Source: an uncultured Candidatus Saccharibacteria bacterium (lineage in GTDB: Bacteria > Patescibacteriota > Doudnabacteria > UBA920). Taken from it: 64,000 nucleotides of DNA. Below are positions 1 to 10,663 of this stretch, one piece after another. How positions within the stretch are numbered: position 1 is the first letter of the stretch; every line of letters starts with the position of its first letter. The stretch spans positions 6,501-70,500 of the forward strand of contig CAZYQT010000004.1 in assembly GCA_964650255.1 (NCBI GenBank). Reading direction: 5' to 3'. Both the position numbers and the translations under genes were made by a program. The notes beneath the pieces are model-generated. The model did no database searches and had not been told where the DNA came from. It saw nothing but the letters and a program-made list of their open reading frames with translations.

Positions 1-969
1 ATTCATACCAATATTAATTAACACTTGGGTGAGAAATAAAAACAAAATGCCGCCGGTAATGTACATAGCCAAGTCATCACGGGCGTACTTCATAATTTTT
101 AAGAGCCGTCGGAACAACACGTAATACAAAAATAGTAGCACCCCCGCACCAACAAAACCAATCTCCTCCGATGCGGAGGCAAAAATAAAGTCAGTCTGTC
201 TTTCTGGCAAAAACTTAAGTTGACTCTGCAGACCACGACCTAATCCACGCCCAAACACTTCCCCACTACCTACAGCGATGATCGCTTGCCGCACATTATA
301 ACCCTTCCCCTTAGGGTCCTTGTCTGGATTTAAAAATACTTCAACGCGCTCCTTCTGATAATCGCGTGCAGCAAACTGCCACGTTAATCCAGCAGCCACG
401 AGCATGAAAGCTAAAAATATTAATATATAAGTCTTCTTCAACGGGCTAATTAACATGATGCCGAACCATACTGCCATCACAATTGCCGACGACCCCAAGT
501 CAGGTTCAAAGAAAATTAACCCTGCTGGCACTGCAGCGTAAAAGAACATCAGCAAAAAGTTTTTCCAAGAATTAATTTGCCCTCGGTTTAAATATAGCCA
601 TCGCGAAAGACCAATCCCAACAATCACCTTGGCTAATTCTGCAGGCTGCAACTGGAAGAACCCAAAGTCGATCCAACGAGCACTCCCACGAATTGGGTCA
701 CCAAAAGCAATCAGATAAATTAAAAATAAAATTAGTATCAAATAACCCCAACGGTTAAGCTTTGCCAAGCGGTGATAATTGTATGAAGCAAAAAGTAAAA
801 ATAAAATTACCCCTGCGATCGAAAAAACCAGTTGGCGATAAAATATATTTAAAGTCCCGCCCGACAAAGATACAGCGTATTGAACAGCGAGCCCTATTAA
901 GAGCAACAAGCCGCTGACAATTAGCAGCGGCGTGTCAAAGTATTTTAACCGGTTAAAAATTGAGGTCAT
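1..969 (-). CDS. SEDS-family cell-wall polymerase (FtsW/RodA-like), C-terminal part beyond window edge
   Basis: Minus-strand ATG at 967-969 opens MTSIFNRLKYFDTPLLIVSGLLLLIGLAVQYAVSLSGG..., a multi-TM N-terminus typical of RodA/FtsW. Reading frame stays open to position 1. Absent from ORF track because truncated. Confidence 0.65.
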   Translation of the reverse strand, partial: MTSIFNRLKYFDTPLLIVSGLLLLIGLAVQYAVSLSGGTLNIFYRQLVFSIAGVILFLLFASYNYHRLAKLNRWGYLILILFLIYLIAFGDPIRGSARWIDFGFFQLQPAELAKVIVGIGLSRWLYLNRGQINSWKNFLLMFFYAAVPAGLIFFEPDLGSSAIVMAVWFGIMLISPLKKTYILIFLAFMLVAAGLTWQFAARDYQKERVEVFLNPDKDPKGKGYNVRQAIIAVGSGEVFGRGLGRGLQSQLKFLPERQTDFIFASASEEIGFVGAGVLLFLYYVLFRRLLKIMKYARDDLAMYITGGILFLFLTQVLINIGMN

Positions 970-1852
970 CGTCGAATGGATTGTCTGTTGGAGGAGAATT
1001 GTCCACTGGGACTTTATCTGTAGTGATATTCTGCGGGTCTAAAGGGTTAGTAAAAGGTATCACCTGGACCTTTTTTACTTGAGACTTGTACAGTCCTGGC
1101 CAAAGTTGTTTGTAAGCCCGACGACCATTAGGTTTGAGCTGGTTTTCATCACGCTGACTTACTCCAATAATTTTCCCCGATTCATCGTAAAGCAAAAAGA
1201 CAATTCTAGCTGTACTAATTTGGTATGGGCTGTCATTTATAATCGAACCTTCTACAATGAAAGTAAGAGGATTGGCTTCGTCAGTCAAAATTGGCTCAGA
1301 AGCACGGAGTTTTACCTCGGGAACATTGAGCTTCTTTTGCCACTTTACTTCAGACAGCTTTATGGTGCCGGAGGTAATTGCAGTAGAGCTATCAATTTTT
1401 GGGAATACAATATATTTTTTGTCATTCGGGACCAAGAAAAACGTCCCGCTCGGGTTATAAACAGTTTGCTTATTGCTATTAAAAAAGGAGGCTGTGTAAC
1501 TAATGTTTGCAGCCGAAAGCTCGATGTTCGGATTAGTTATCATCACCACAGCGCTATAAGTACCGTTAGGATTTTGCAATATGGTCATAGGACCGACTAC
1601 GGGCTGCTGGGTATTTTTCTTTGCAGGATGTGCAACTAAAGATTGTCGCCCATACTTTTGAGCAAGATATTGCTCTGTGCCTATTCTGGCAATTAGATAT
1701 GCGGGAACAATACTTATTGCCACAATCAAAATAACCCACTGTTTCCAGCGAGGCATATTCTTGAACTGCGTTACAAACGAAAATCCCCCCTCTTGGACCC
1801 CGAGTAGTGCGCCTTGAACATTAACTTGAACAGACTCTTTTATACCAGCCAT
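953..1852 (-). CDS. hypothetical membrane-anchored protein (N-terminal TM helix, large extracytoplasmic domain)
   Basis: 299-aa ORF with a single N-terminal TM segment (WVILIVAISIVPAYLIA). Overlaps the downstream SEDS gene by 17 nt. No family recognised. Confidence 0.5.
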   Translation of the reverse strand: MAGIKESVQVNVQGALLGVQEGGFSFVTQFKNMPRWKQWVILIVAISIVPAYLIARIGTEQYLAQKYGRQSLVAHPAKKNTQQPVVGPMTILQNPNGTYSAVVMITNPNIELSAANISYTASFFNSNKQTVYNPSGTFFLVPNDKKYIVFPKIDSSTAITSGTIKLSEVKWQKKLNVPEVKLRASEPILTDEANPLTFIVEGSIINDSPYQISTARIVFLLYDESGKIIGVSQRDENQLKPNGRRAYKQLWPGLYKSQVKKVQVIPFTNPLDPQNITTDKVPVDNSPPTDNPFDDDLNF

Positions 1853-1903
1853 TTGGTTATGTTATGATAGATTTAGTATATCAAAAAATCCTTTGTTTTT
1901 CTA

Positions 1904-4900
1904 ATGTTTACCCATCTCCACTGCCACTCTCATTACTCCCTATTAGACGGATTATCCAAAATCCCCGATTTAGTCGAAGCAGCCAAGGCCGATGGCCAAA
2001 CAAGTCTGGCGATCACAGACCACGGGGTTATGTATGGGGTGATCGATTTTTATAATGAGTGTAATTCTGCGGGCATAAAACCGATTATTGGGATGGAAGC
2101 GTACATTGCGCCACGCTCTATGGCAGACAAGGAAGGAAAAAGTGATGCCGATTACTTCCACATGACTCTGTTAGCAGAGACATATCAAGGATACTTAAAC
2201 CTAATTGCCCTGACTAGCATTGCCCATCAAGAAGGGTTCTACTACAAACCCCGCTTAGACTTAAAAACTTTAAAAGAAAATGCTACGGGTCTGATTGCGC
2301 TGTCAGGCTGTCCTAGAGGACACATTCCTCGTGCATTCGGACAAAGCGATGCTGCAGCTGAGGACCAGCTCAGGATAATGTTAGACATATTCGGCCCTAA
2401 CAACTTTTTTTTGGAACTGCAGAGAAACGCGAATGATGGTCATGAAATTCAGCCTAATGAAAAGTTAGTAGAACTCGGTAAAAAATTTGGAGTTCCAACC
2501 GTAGCAACCCAAGATTGCCACTACATAAGCAAAGATGATGTCGAAGCCCAGGACATTATGGTCTGTATTGGTACCGGCAAGACCGTAGATGACCCGAAAC
2601 GCCTGGACATGCGCGGTCACGACTTAAGCTTGCGTTCTCAACACGAGATGGCAGAAGTTTTTAAAGATTTACCTGAGGCCATTGCGAACACTCAAGTAAT
2701 TGCTGACCGATGCAACGTAACTATTCCAATTGGGCAAAGATTATTTCCGAAAGTAAAGCTCCCGCCGGGGACTACACCAGAAGAGCAGCTCACTAAAGTT
2801 GTAAATCAACTCGCCGGCCCACTCTATGGAGTGAACAATGTTGTCCCGCTTGAGATTCAAGAACGAATTGACTACGAACTAGATATCATCAACCAAAAAG
2901 GATTTGCTCCTTACTTTTTAATGGTGGCAAATGTGGTAAAAGGTGCGCATGAATTAGGTGCAATTACCAACACTAGGGGTAGTGCTGCGGGTTCGATTGT
3001 TGGAAAGATTTTGGCAATTACTAATATTGACCCGCTGTACTATCAACTACCATTCGAACGATTCCTTACAAAAGACCGTCCGACTCCACCAGATATTGAT
3101 TTGGATATTGCTGATGACCGTCGCGATGAAGTAATCGCTTGGATGACCAATGAATATGGACACGATAAAGTCGCGCAAATTATTACCTTTGGGACAATGA
3201 AGGCACGCGCTGTTGTTCGCGATGTTGGTCGTGCCTTAGCTATTCCGTACGGCAAATGTGACCGCATTGCCAAAATGATCCCAATCGGCAAACAAGGTTT
3301 TGAAATGACTCTAGAAAAAGCCCTTGGCTTAAGTGTTGAACTCAAAACTATATACGACACGGACGCAGAGACCAAACATATTATTGATGTTGCTCGCAAA
3401 CTAGAAGGGTGCGTTCGTCATGCTTCAGTGCATGCGGCTGGAATCGTAATTACACCAACACCGTTAATCGATAACATCCCGGTACAAACTGAACCAGACG
3501 GTAATCGATTAATCACACAATACGACATGTACGCGCTCGACCCTAATGCCAATATTGAAGCGATAGGTGCAATTAAGATTGACCTTCTCGGAATCCGCAA
3601 TCTTTCTATTTTAGAAAAAGCGGTTAAGCTTGTAAAAATCCGTCATGGTATCGATATTGATATTTTGAATCTCCCCCACCCCGACCCAAAAACTTTCGAC
3701 ATGCTATGTAAAGGGTTAACGTTTGGCGTGTTTCAATTAGGATCATCTGGTATGACTCGCTACTTAAAAGAATTGCGGCCAAGCAACATTTTTGAGATCT
3801 CCGCTATGGTCGCACTATATCGCCCAGGTCCAATGCAATTTATTCCTGACTACATTGCTCGCAAACACAATCCAAAATTAATTTCCTATCTTGACCCCGA
3901 ACTGGAACGTATCCTTAGTCGTACCTATGGGATTTTAATCTACCAGGATGACCTTTTGATAATTGCGCATGATCTAGCTGGATATTCCTGGGAAGAGGTG
4001 GATAAATTCCGTAAAGCAGTGGGTAAAAAAATTCCTGCAGAAATGGCCAAGCAAAAAGAGAAATTCATCAAGGGGTGTATTTCGACTTCAGGCTGGACTG
4101 AACAAAAAGCCAATCAAATCTGGACATGGATTGAACCGTTTGCAGCTTATGGTTTTAACAAATCACATTCAGCCAGCTACGCACTGGTTGGGTATCAGAC
4201 TGCTTACATGAAAGCCAACTTTGGGGTGGAGTTCATGGCCGCACTTATGACCGCTGAGTCTGCTGATGAAGATAAAATTTATGCCGCCGTTGAAGAGTGC
4301 AAAAAAATGGGCATAGCAGTTTTACCGCCAGACGTAACAGAAAGCTACGGTGACTTTACTGTTGTTGGCGATACAACTATTCGCTTTGGATTACGTGCGA
4401 TAAAAAACCTGGGTTCTGATGTTGTTCGAAAAATTATTGATTGTCATAAAGCGAAAATTAAATTTGACAGTTTAGAAGATTTTTTGATTAATTGTTATAC
4501 AAAAAACTTAAACAAAAAATCTTGGGAAGCCCTGGTTAAATCGGGAGCAATGGACAGCTTTGGAGAGCGCGGTCAACTCCTTGCTAGCACCGAACGAGTG
4601 CTCGACTTTTTACGAGACCATTTTAAACAAGATAATTATGGCCAAAACTCATTGTTTGGAGCCAGTTTACAAATTGGTAAGTTAAAACTGCAGGATAATT
4701 TTACGCCAGCCACCAAAGAAGAAAAACTGGGTTGGGAAAAAGAGCATCTCGGATTATTTGTATCCGCTCATCCTTTAGATTCCTATGCAGATGTACTCAA
4801 AGGATTTACCCCAATTAGTTCACTGATAGCTTCAGAAGATGGACGCAATGTGTTGATAGGCGGACTAATCTCTAAGTTTAAACGGACCCTAACTAAAAAG

Positions 4901-5359
4901 AACGACCCCATGGCTTTTTTTACCCTCCAAGATTTAACCGGAAACATGGAAGTACTGGTATTTCCAAAAATTATGGTCCAAGCCCTACCATTTTTGGACC
5001 TAGATAGAGTCGTGCAAGTTAAAGGTCGGATTTCAGATAAAGATGGAGAGCGCAAAATTATCGCCGAAGAAATTAAAGATATCGTGAGTGACGAGCTCTA
5101 CACGATGGCACTGTCAGAAATGGAAAAACACAAACAAATTGTTATCCATATGCACAACATTCACAACACCGATGCTCTCAATCAAATTAAGGATTTACTG
5201 GCAGCCAATCCTGGGAATGCCCAGGTGTACTTAAATGTTGGCGAAGCCGGAGCTGGGAAAACTATTAAAACTCAGTCCCAAGTCAGAATTTCGCAAGAGT
5301 TGCTCGTTGAGTTGCGGCGAGTGCCAGATGTGGTGACGATTACTGACACATTAAATTAA
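1904..5359 (+). CDS. dnaE: DNA polymerase III alpha subunit
   Basis: 1151 aa. N-terminal PHP motif HLHCHSHYSLLDG. Length and overall layout typical of DnaE. Confidence 0.95.
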   Translation: MFTHLHCHSHYSLLDGLSKIPDLVEAAKADGQTSLAITDHGVMYGVIDFYNECNSAGIKPIIGMEAYIAPRSMADKEGKSDADYFHMTLLAETYQGYLNLIALTSIAHQEGFYYKPRLDLKTLKENATGLIALSGCPRGHIPRAFGQSDAAAEDQLRIMLDIFGPNNFFLELQRNANDGHEIQPNEKLVELGKKFGVPTVATQDCHYISKDDVEAQDIMVCIGTGKTVDDPKRLDMRGHDLSLRSQHEMAEVFKDLPEAIANTQVIADRCNVTIPIGQRLFPKVKLPPGTTPEEQLTKVVNQLAGPLYGVNNVVPLEIQERIDYELDIINQKGFAPYFLMVANVVKGAHELGAITNTRGSAAGSIVGKILAITNIDPLYYQLPFERFLTKDRPTPPDIDLDIADDRRDEVIAWMTNEYGHDKVAQIITFGTMKARAVVRDVGRALAIPYGKCDRIAKMIPIGKQGFEMTLEKALGLSVELKTIYDTDAETKHIIDVARKLEGCVRHASVHAAGIVITPTPLIDNIPVQTEPDGNRLITQYDMYALDPNANIEAIGAIKIDLLGIRNLSILEKAVKLVKIRHGIDIDILNLPHPDPKTFDMLCKGLTFGVFQLGSSGMTRYLKELRPSNIFEISAMVALYRPGPMQFIPDYIARKHNPKLISYLDPELERILSRTYGILIYQDDLLIIAHDLAGYSWEEVDKFRKAVGKKIPAEMAKQKEKFIKGCISTSGWTEQKANQIWTWIEPFAAYGFNKSHSASYALVGYQTAYMKANFGVEFMAALMTAESADEDKIYAAVEECKKMGIAVLPPDVTESYGDFTVVGDTTIRFGLRAIKNLGSDVVRKIIDCHKAKIKFDSLEDFLINCYTKNLNKKSWEALVKSGAMDSFGERGQLLASTERVLDFLRDHFKQDNYGQNSLFGASLQIGKLKLQDNFTPATKEEKLGWEKEHLGLFVSAHPLDSYADVLKGFTPISSLIASEDGRNVLIGGLISKFKRTLTKKNDPMAFFTLQDLTGNMEVLVFPKIMVQALPFLDLDRVVQVKGRISDKDGERKIIAEEIKDIVSDELYTMALSEMEKHKQIVIHMHNIHNTDALNQIKDLLAANPGNAQVYLNVGEAGAGKTIKTQSQVRISQELLVELRRVPDVVTITDTLN

Positions 5360-5584
5360 CACTTGACTTTAACGAGGAAATTATATATTATGTGACTGAA
5401 ACAGACTTACTGTCTATTTCTTCTCAAAGTGTCAATTCGTTGACCATCTCGATTGTTGTACCCCGTGTCAGGGTTCAATAGGTAATTTGCAGCAATCGAG
5501 TTGCACTATTTGTTTCTATCATATTTCAAGAGGGTTTATATTCTTTGCCACGTTCAGTTTACTGTTCGTTTATGTTCTCCGCTT

Positions 5585-5620
5585 GCCCGCCATTCAAGTC
5601 CATTAGGCGGGCCTTTTTTT
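5585..5620 (+). terminator. rho-independent terminator (GC hairpin gcccgcc...ggcgggc plus T8)
   Basis: Inverted repeat followed by ttttttt, seen directly in sequence. Lies about 225 nt past the dnaE stop. Confidence 0.6.
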
Positions 5621-5863
5621 GCCCAAATTTTAGGTATATGCTATATTTACATTAGCCTTTTAAGGTAAGTTCATTGAGTGGTGATGCGACTACCAACCGC
5701 GGAGCTCAAACGAATTGAATATCTAAAAGTCCTAGCTATAGAGCTGGGAGAACTGGGACGGAACCGTCTATTAAAAAAGACCCCGGGAGATACTGATCAA
5801 CAAGTCCTCAATAATTGATCAATATCTTTTGGAGTCTTTTTGTTTTATTAACTAATTTATTGT

Positions 5864-7642
5864 ATGCCAAACCAACAATCTACAAACTCTGGCAATCTTA
5901 CCAACAAAAGACATTCCCTGGCGCATCTTCTCGCTAGCGCGCTTTTAGAAATGCAGCCGGAAACACAGCTTGGCATTGGTCCGGTTATTGATAATGGTTT
6001 TTATTACGATGTCATTACCCCCAAACCAATCACTCCGGACGATTTGCCGAAACTACAAAAACGTATGCAGGAATTGGCTAAGAGCAAACTCGGCTTTGAT
6101 CGCGAGGAAATGTCTTTTGAAGATGCCAAAAAGTTTTTTGAAGAACGCAAACAACCGTTTAAAGTTGAACTGATTTCCGATTTAGAAAAATCAGGTGAAG
6201 TGGATAACGTTAGCTTGTATAAAACTGGTAGTTTTGTGGACCTCTGCCGTGGTGGTCACGTTGAAAATACATCAGACATTGATCCGAACAGTTTCCAGTT
6301 AGATAAAATCGCTGGGGCTTATTGGCGCGGGGATGAAACCAAGCCTATGATGACCCGTATATACGGACTAGCCTTTAACAATGTTGATGAACTTGGCGGT
6401 TACTTAACCATGCGTGAGGAAGCTGAGAAGCGCGACCACAAAAAACTTGGACCGGAATTAGACTTGTTTTTATTCTCAGACTTAGTCGGTTCTGGATTAC
6501 CACTCTGGACACCGAAAGGGACCTTAGTACGAGACTTACTAGATAACTTTGTTTGGGAAATGCGCCAAGCGCGCGGTTACGAACGAGTTACTATTCCCCA
6601 CATCACCAAAAAAGATCTGTACGAAAAAAGTGGTCACTGGGACAAATTCAAAGATGAGTTGTTTCGCATTAAAACTCGTGAAGGCCATGAGTTTGCAATG
6701 AAGCCTATGAACTGTCCGCATCATACCCAAATATACAACCGCAAACGCTGGAGCTACCGCGAATTACCACAACGCTATGCCAACACCACCATGGTTTATA
6801 GAGATGAACAATCCGGAGAACTTGGCGGATTGAGCCGTGTGCGCAGCATCACCCAAGATGATGCTCATGTCTTTTGCCGAATGTCGCAGGCCAAAGAAGA
6901 AAGTAACACCATTTGGGATATTATTGAAACCCTATACAAAACTCTCGGATTTTCTGATTTAAAAGTGCGACTTTCTAAGCGTGACCCTGAGGCACCGGAA
7001 AAGTACCTTGGCAGCACCGAGTCCTGGGATTCAGCAGAAAAAACTCTACAAGAAGTAGCTGATAGCCGTGGAGTGGAGGTTATTGAAGGGATCGGTGAAG
7101 CAGCATTTTACGGACCAAAGTTAGACTTCATGGCAAAAGATGCCTTGGGCCGAGAACATCAAGTAGCTACAATTCAGTTAGACTTTAACCAGCCGGAACG
7201 ATTCGATTTATTCTGTATTAATGAGTCTGGCGAACAAGAACGCATCGTGATGATCCACGCAGCGATTATGGGTTCCTTGGAACGATTCTTGGCTGTTCTA
7301 ATTGAACACACAGCTGGTAATTTCCCAACTTGGCTCTCGCCTATTCAAACAGTTGTTGTGCCAGTTTCGGAAAAGCAAAATGATTACGCGCAAAGTGTGG
7401 TTGAAAAACTTAAAATGCAAATTCCTGATTTGCGCATCGAGCTTGATCTTCGCAGTGAATCTATGGGCAAACGAATTCGCGAAGCATCAAAACAAAAAGT
7501 ACCGTACATTTTGGTTGTTGGCGATAAAGAAATTGAAAGCCAAAGCGTTTCTGTGCGCGGCCGCGGTGATGAAGATTTAGGTACTCAACCGCTGGATGAT
7601 TTTGCTCAAAAATTAAAAATAGAAATTTCTGAAAAGCAATAA
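5864..7642 (+). CDS. thrS: threonyl-tRNA synthetase
   Basis: 592 aa. Class II aaRS core with a ThrRS-like catalytic region (RDHKKLGPELDLF, zinc-site region) and a C-terminal anticodon-binding domain. Lacks a long N-terminal TGS extension. Confidence 0.85.
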   Translation: MPNQQSTNSGNLTNKRHSLAHLLASALLEMQPETQLGIGPVIDNGFYYDVITPKPITPDDLPKLQKRMQELAKSKLGFDREEMSFEDAKKFFEERKQPFKVELISDLEKSGEVDNVSLYKTGSFVDLCRGGHVENTSDIDPNSFQLDKIAGAYWRGDETKPMMTRIYGLAFNNVDELGGYLTMREEAEKRDHKKLGPELDLFLFSDLVGSGLPLWTPKGTLVRDLLDNFVWEMRQARGYERVTIPHITKKDLYEKSGHWDKFKDELFRIKTREGHEFAMKPMNCPHHTQIYNRKRWSYRELPQRYANTTMVYRDEQSGELGGLSRVRSITQDDAHVFCRMSQAKEESNTIWDIIETLYKTLGFSDLKVRLSKRDPEAPEKYLGSTESWDSAEKTLQEVADSRGVEVIEGIGEAAFYGPKLDFMAKDALGREHQVATIQLDFNQPERFDLFCINESGEQERIVMIHAAIMGSLERFLAVLIEHTAGNFPTWLSPIQTVVVPVSEKQNDYAQSVVEKLKMQIPDLRIELDLRSESMGKRIREASKQKVPYILVVGDKEIESQSVSVRGRGDEDLGTQPLDDFAQKLKIEISEKQ

Positions 7643-7645
7643 CTA

Positions 7646-7670
7646 AAACCCCGCATATGCGGGGTTTTTA
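7646..7670. terminator. bidirectional rho-independent terminator (aaaaccccgcatatgcggggttttt)
   Basis: Perfect hairpin flanked by A-run and T-run, between convergent thrS and the 7680-8636 gene. Confidence 0.65.
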
Positions 7671-7679
7671 AATTGTTAA

Positions 7680-8636
7680 TTATTCACTTTGACCACTTCT
7701 ATATTCTACCGGGACAGCCTTACCTTGCGCATCTATAAACTTGCCCTTATCTAAGGGCAAAAGTCCTGTCTGGGCAGCCCATACAACTCCTACTATTACT
7801 AAAATCATTGCGATAGGCGCAAAGATCGCTAACCCTATCATCATGCTTCGACCTGTGTTTGGAACTTCAATGTCAGCCTTCAAAGTTTTAAATTGTTTGA
7901 ACAACACATAACTAAACGCAACATAAAATGGAGCGGTTGCAAGACTAACAAGATAATTTAAAATATCACCGGCACCATTGGCACCAGATGCGTCTAATAT
8001 TTTCGTAAAAATCGAAACAACGATTGAGACACCGATAGCAACAAGGATTAACACAATAATCCGACCGAACACTGGCCACCAATACCCTTTTACATATTCT
8101 TTGCTGGCCAATAGAGCGTTTAGACCTTGCTTATGATCGAGTAGTGCAAAATAAGTACTGAAAACCAAGAACACAGACATTATAATCCCTGGGATAACTA
8201 GCAAGGCAAAGGCACCAAAGGTTACCAAGCCCTGCAGGATTATGACGATGAATAGCGAACGGATAAATGCTTTAGATTTGTGCAAAGCTTTCTGCAAACC
8301 AACTTCGCCAGCAGGCAAATCATAAACAAATATTTGCGCGCCTTGGACCCAAATAGAATAGGCAATTACTGCGACTACAAACACCAAACCAATCAACACT
8401 GAAATAATTATTGTACCAGGATTAGTGGGGTCTTTTTGCAACCAATAACCTAGTCCAATAGCAACTAGCCCGGCAACAACCCAAACAGCAATATTCAACA
8501 GTTGCAATAAGAAAGAAGTCTTAAATCGGGAGGTGTATAAATCCCACGTATCTTTAAACAGGATGCCGACACCGGGTAATTTGCCTTCAAAAGCACTGAA
8601 TTGCCCATCTGAATTTTGGTTGTTTTCGTTGCTCAT
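7680..8636 (-). CDS. hypothetical polytopic membrane protein
   Basis: 318 aa with multiple hydrophobic helices. No recognisable family. Confidence 0.45.
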   Translation of the reverse strand: MSNENNQNSDGQFSAFEGKLPGVGILFKDTWDLYTSRFKTSFLLQLLNIAVWVVAGLVAIGLGYWLQKDPTNPGTIIISVLIGLVFVVAVIAYSIWVQGAQIFVYDLPAGEVGLQKALHKSKAFIRSLFIVIILQGLVTFGAFALLVIPGIIMSVFLVFSTYFALLDHKQGLNALLASKEYVKGYWWPVFGRIIVLILVAIGVSIVVSIFTKILDASGANGAGDILNYLVSLATAPFYVAFSYVLFKQFKTLKADIEVPNTGRSMMIGLAIFAPIAMILVIVGVVWAAQTGLLPLDKGKFIDAQGKAVPVEYRSGQSE

Positions 8637-8684
8637 ATAATTATGTTGTTTACTAATCAGTAAGTTTATTATAGCACTTTTGGC

Positions 8685-9443
8685 CTAGGTAAGCACTTTT
8701 ACCCCGGTTTTAGTAACCGCGATTGTATGTTCAAAATGCGCAGCTAACCCGCCATCGTGGGTGCGGACAGTCCAGCCATCGGTATCAAAAAATACCCTGG
8801 GTTTTAATTGGCAAACCATTGGCTCAATGGCCAATACCATGTTTTCAACTAACTCAATCCCCTTACCAGGCTTGCCGTACCCTGGCACAGACGGGTCTTC
8901 ATGCACAGCATAACCAACGCCATGCCCAACAAGATCGCGAACTGTAGAAAAATCTGCATCTTCCACAGTGCTTTGAATGGCAAACCCAATATCACCAATG
9001 TGATTTCCTGGCTTAACAACCTTCAAAGCATTTTCTAATGCTTGCTCCGTAACTTTAATAAGCCGTTCAGCTAAATGCGAAACTTTACCCACTGGCACAG
9101 TTATTGCTGTGTCCGTATACAACCTTTTATATTCCATGCCTATGTCGAGGCCAAGGATGTCCCCTTCTTCTAAAATATCCTGTTTTGATGGCACGCCGTG
9201 GACCACTGCGTCGTTAATCGAAGTGCACAAACCAGCAGGGAATGGATTTCTGCGATCGCCATAACCAATAAAGCTAGGGCGGCCGCCGGCTTTGATCATT
9301 TCCTTTTCTGCGAACTCGTTAATTTCCCAAGTGGAAATACCGGGTTTGGCCTTGGCGGCCGCCCGGTGCAGAATATCACGAAGGATCTTACCACCTTCGT
9401 TTATTAGTTTTATCTCATCGGGAGTTTTAGTATATCGTTTCAT
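8685..9443 (-). CDS. map: methionine aminopeptidase type I
   Basis: 252 aa with pita-bread fold motifs (HGVGYAVHEDP, LAIEPM). Confidence 0.9.
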   Translation of the reverse strand: MKRYTKTPDEIKLINEGGKILRDILHRAAAKAKPGISTWEINEFAEKEMIKAGGRPSFIGYGDRRNPFPAGLCTSINDAVVHGVPSKQDILEEGDILGLDIGMEYKRLYTDTAITVPVGKVSHLAERLIKVTEQALENALKVVKPGNHIGDIGFAIQSTVEDADFSTVRDLVGHGVGYAVHEDPSVPGYGKPGKGIELVENMVLAIEPMVCQLKPRVFFDTDGWTVRTHDGGLAAHFEHTIAVTKTGVKVLT

Positions 9444-9449
9444 AACTCG

Positions 9450-10073
9450 CTAACTTTGTCTGGACAAATATTCATCAATGGCTTTTTGAATACGCTTGCG
9501 CACTTCTGTGCGCGTACCTAAACCATCAATATATTTAAAATCGTATTTTGATTTAAAAAACTCAACCACTTCAGCGATATTTTTTCGGTAATACTTTGCC
9601 CGATTGCGAAGTGCTGTAATGCTATCATCAGCGCGTCTATTGAATTTAGTGTTGTAATAGCCTTTGCGCGCTTGAATTCTTTTGATAACTTCAGCCGCTG
9701 GAATTCGCAAATATATTACTAACGGATCTTTGCGTTGGGTTTGTTTTAAATACTTAGCTACAAGTTTTGCTTCGCCAACCATTTTTGGGTGGCCATCAAA
9801 TAAAATTGATTTCGATTGTGGCAACCCCAGCACTACATCACGATTTATTTTTCGAACAATGTTAGTAGGAGTTAATTTCCCTTGGTCATTATTCTTTTCC
9901 ATGACTAACTCAGCAGCTCGATCCTTTTCACGCAGCAAAGTTAGTGCTCGCCCCATGTCGTGATCATACATTTTATACTTCTTGGCAAAATAAGCTCCTT
10001 GAGTGGCCTTTCCCGCACCAGGATCTCCCAAAAGAATCATATTCAGATGCAATTTTTTGCCAGTATTTTTCAT
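9450..10073 (-). CDS. adenylate-kinase-family paralog (divergent NMP kinase)
   Basis: P-loop GDPGAGKATQG resembles the Adk motif GxPGxGKGTQ. DGHPK and RADDS resemble the Adk DGFPRT and RxDD motifs. Divergent compared with the upstream canonical adk. Confidence 0.55.
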   Translation of the reverse strand: MKNTGKKLHLNMILLGDPGAGKATQGAYFAKKYKMYDHDMGRALTLLREKDRAAELVMEKNNDQGKLTPTNIVRKINRDVVLGLPQSKSILFDGHPKMVGEAKLVAKYLKQTQRKDPLVIYLRIPAAEVIKRIQARKGYYNTKFNRRADDSITALRNRAKYYRKNIAEVVEFFKSKYDFKYIDGLGTRTEVRKRIQKAIDEYLSRQS

Positions 10074-10075
10074 GA

Positions 10076-10663
10076 TTAGACGTCCAGCGCCGCATTTATG
10101 CGATCAGTAATTTCTTGAATTGTGCCAACGCCATCTATAGTATGTAGATCACCAATACCTTCTAAGAACTTTAGCACTGGCTTTGTTTCTTTATCATAAG
10201 TATCCAGCCGAAAGTTGATTTTTTCTGGAGTGTCATCTGTTCGGAACTCATGATGAGCGCGCTCAAGCAAACGCTTCACCGATTCCTCGCGAGGAACATC
10301 AATGTGAATAGCAGCAAACTGTTTGTAACCATTCTGGCCCAGATAATTGATTAAATGCAGGCCCTGCGGCACAGTGCGCGGCACACCATCAAACAACAAC
10401 CGTTTGTGCTTAATTACTTCAGGAAGTTCGGTATTTAAAACGCGGAATAGTTCTTCATCTTCAAGTAGTTTGCCATTATCAATTAAATCTTTAACTTTAC
10501 GGCCAAATGGTGTGCCTTTCTTGGCTTCCTCGCGCAAGATAGCACCCATTTCCCAATAAAAATAGCCCAGACGCTCAGCCAGAACTTTTCCTTGAGTTCC
10601 TTTTCCTGAACCTTGCGGCCCGATCATGAATATAGCGTCGTATTTTGGTATGTCCATTGCCAT
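10076..10663 (-). CDS. adk: adenylate kinase
   Basis: GPQGSGKGTQ P-loop, FDGVPRT and RTDDTPEKI lid motifs. Start is probably the internal MAMDIP rather than the ORF-track start at 10693. Confidence 0.85.
   Translation of the reverse strand: MAMDIPKYDAIFMIGPQGSGKGTQGKVLAERLGYFYWEMGAILREEAKKGTPFGRKVKDLIDNGKLLEDEELFRVLNTELPEVIKHKRLLFDGVPRTVPQGLHLINYLGQNGYKQFAAIHIDVPREESVKRLLERAHHEFRTDDTPEKINFRLDTYDKETKPVLKFLEGIGDLHTIDGVGTIQEITDRINAALDV

Noticed and set aside
1079-1639. 186-aa plus-strand ORF (and 1257-1460)
   Set aside because: Fully antisense to the well-supported 953-1852 gene. No independent support.
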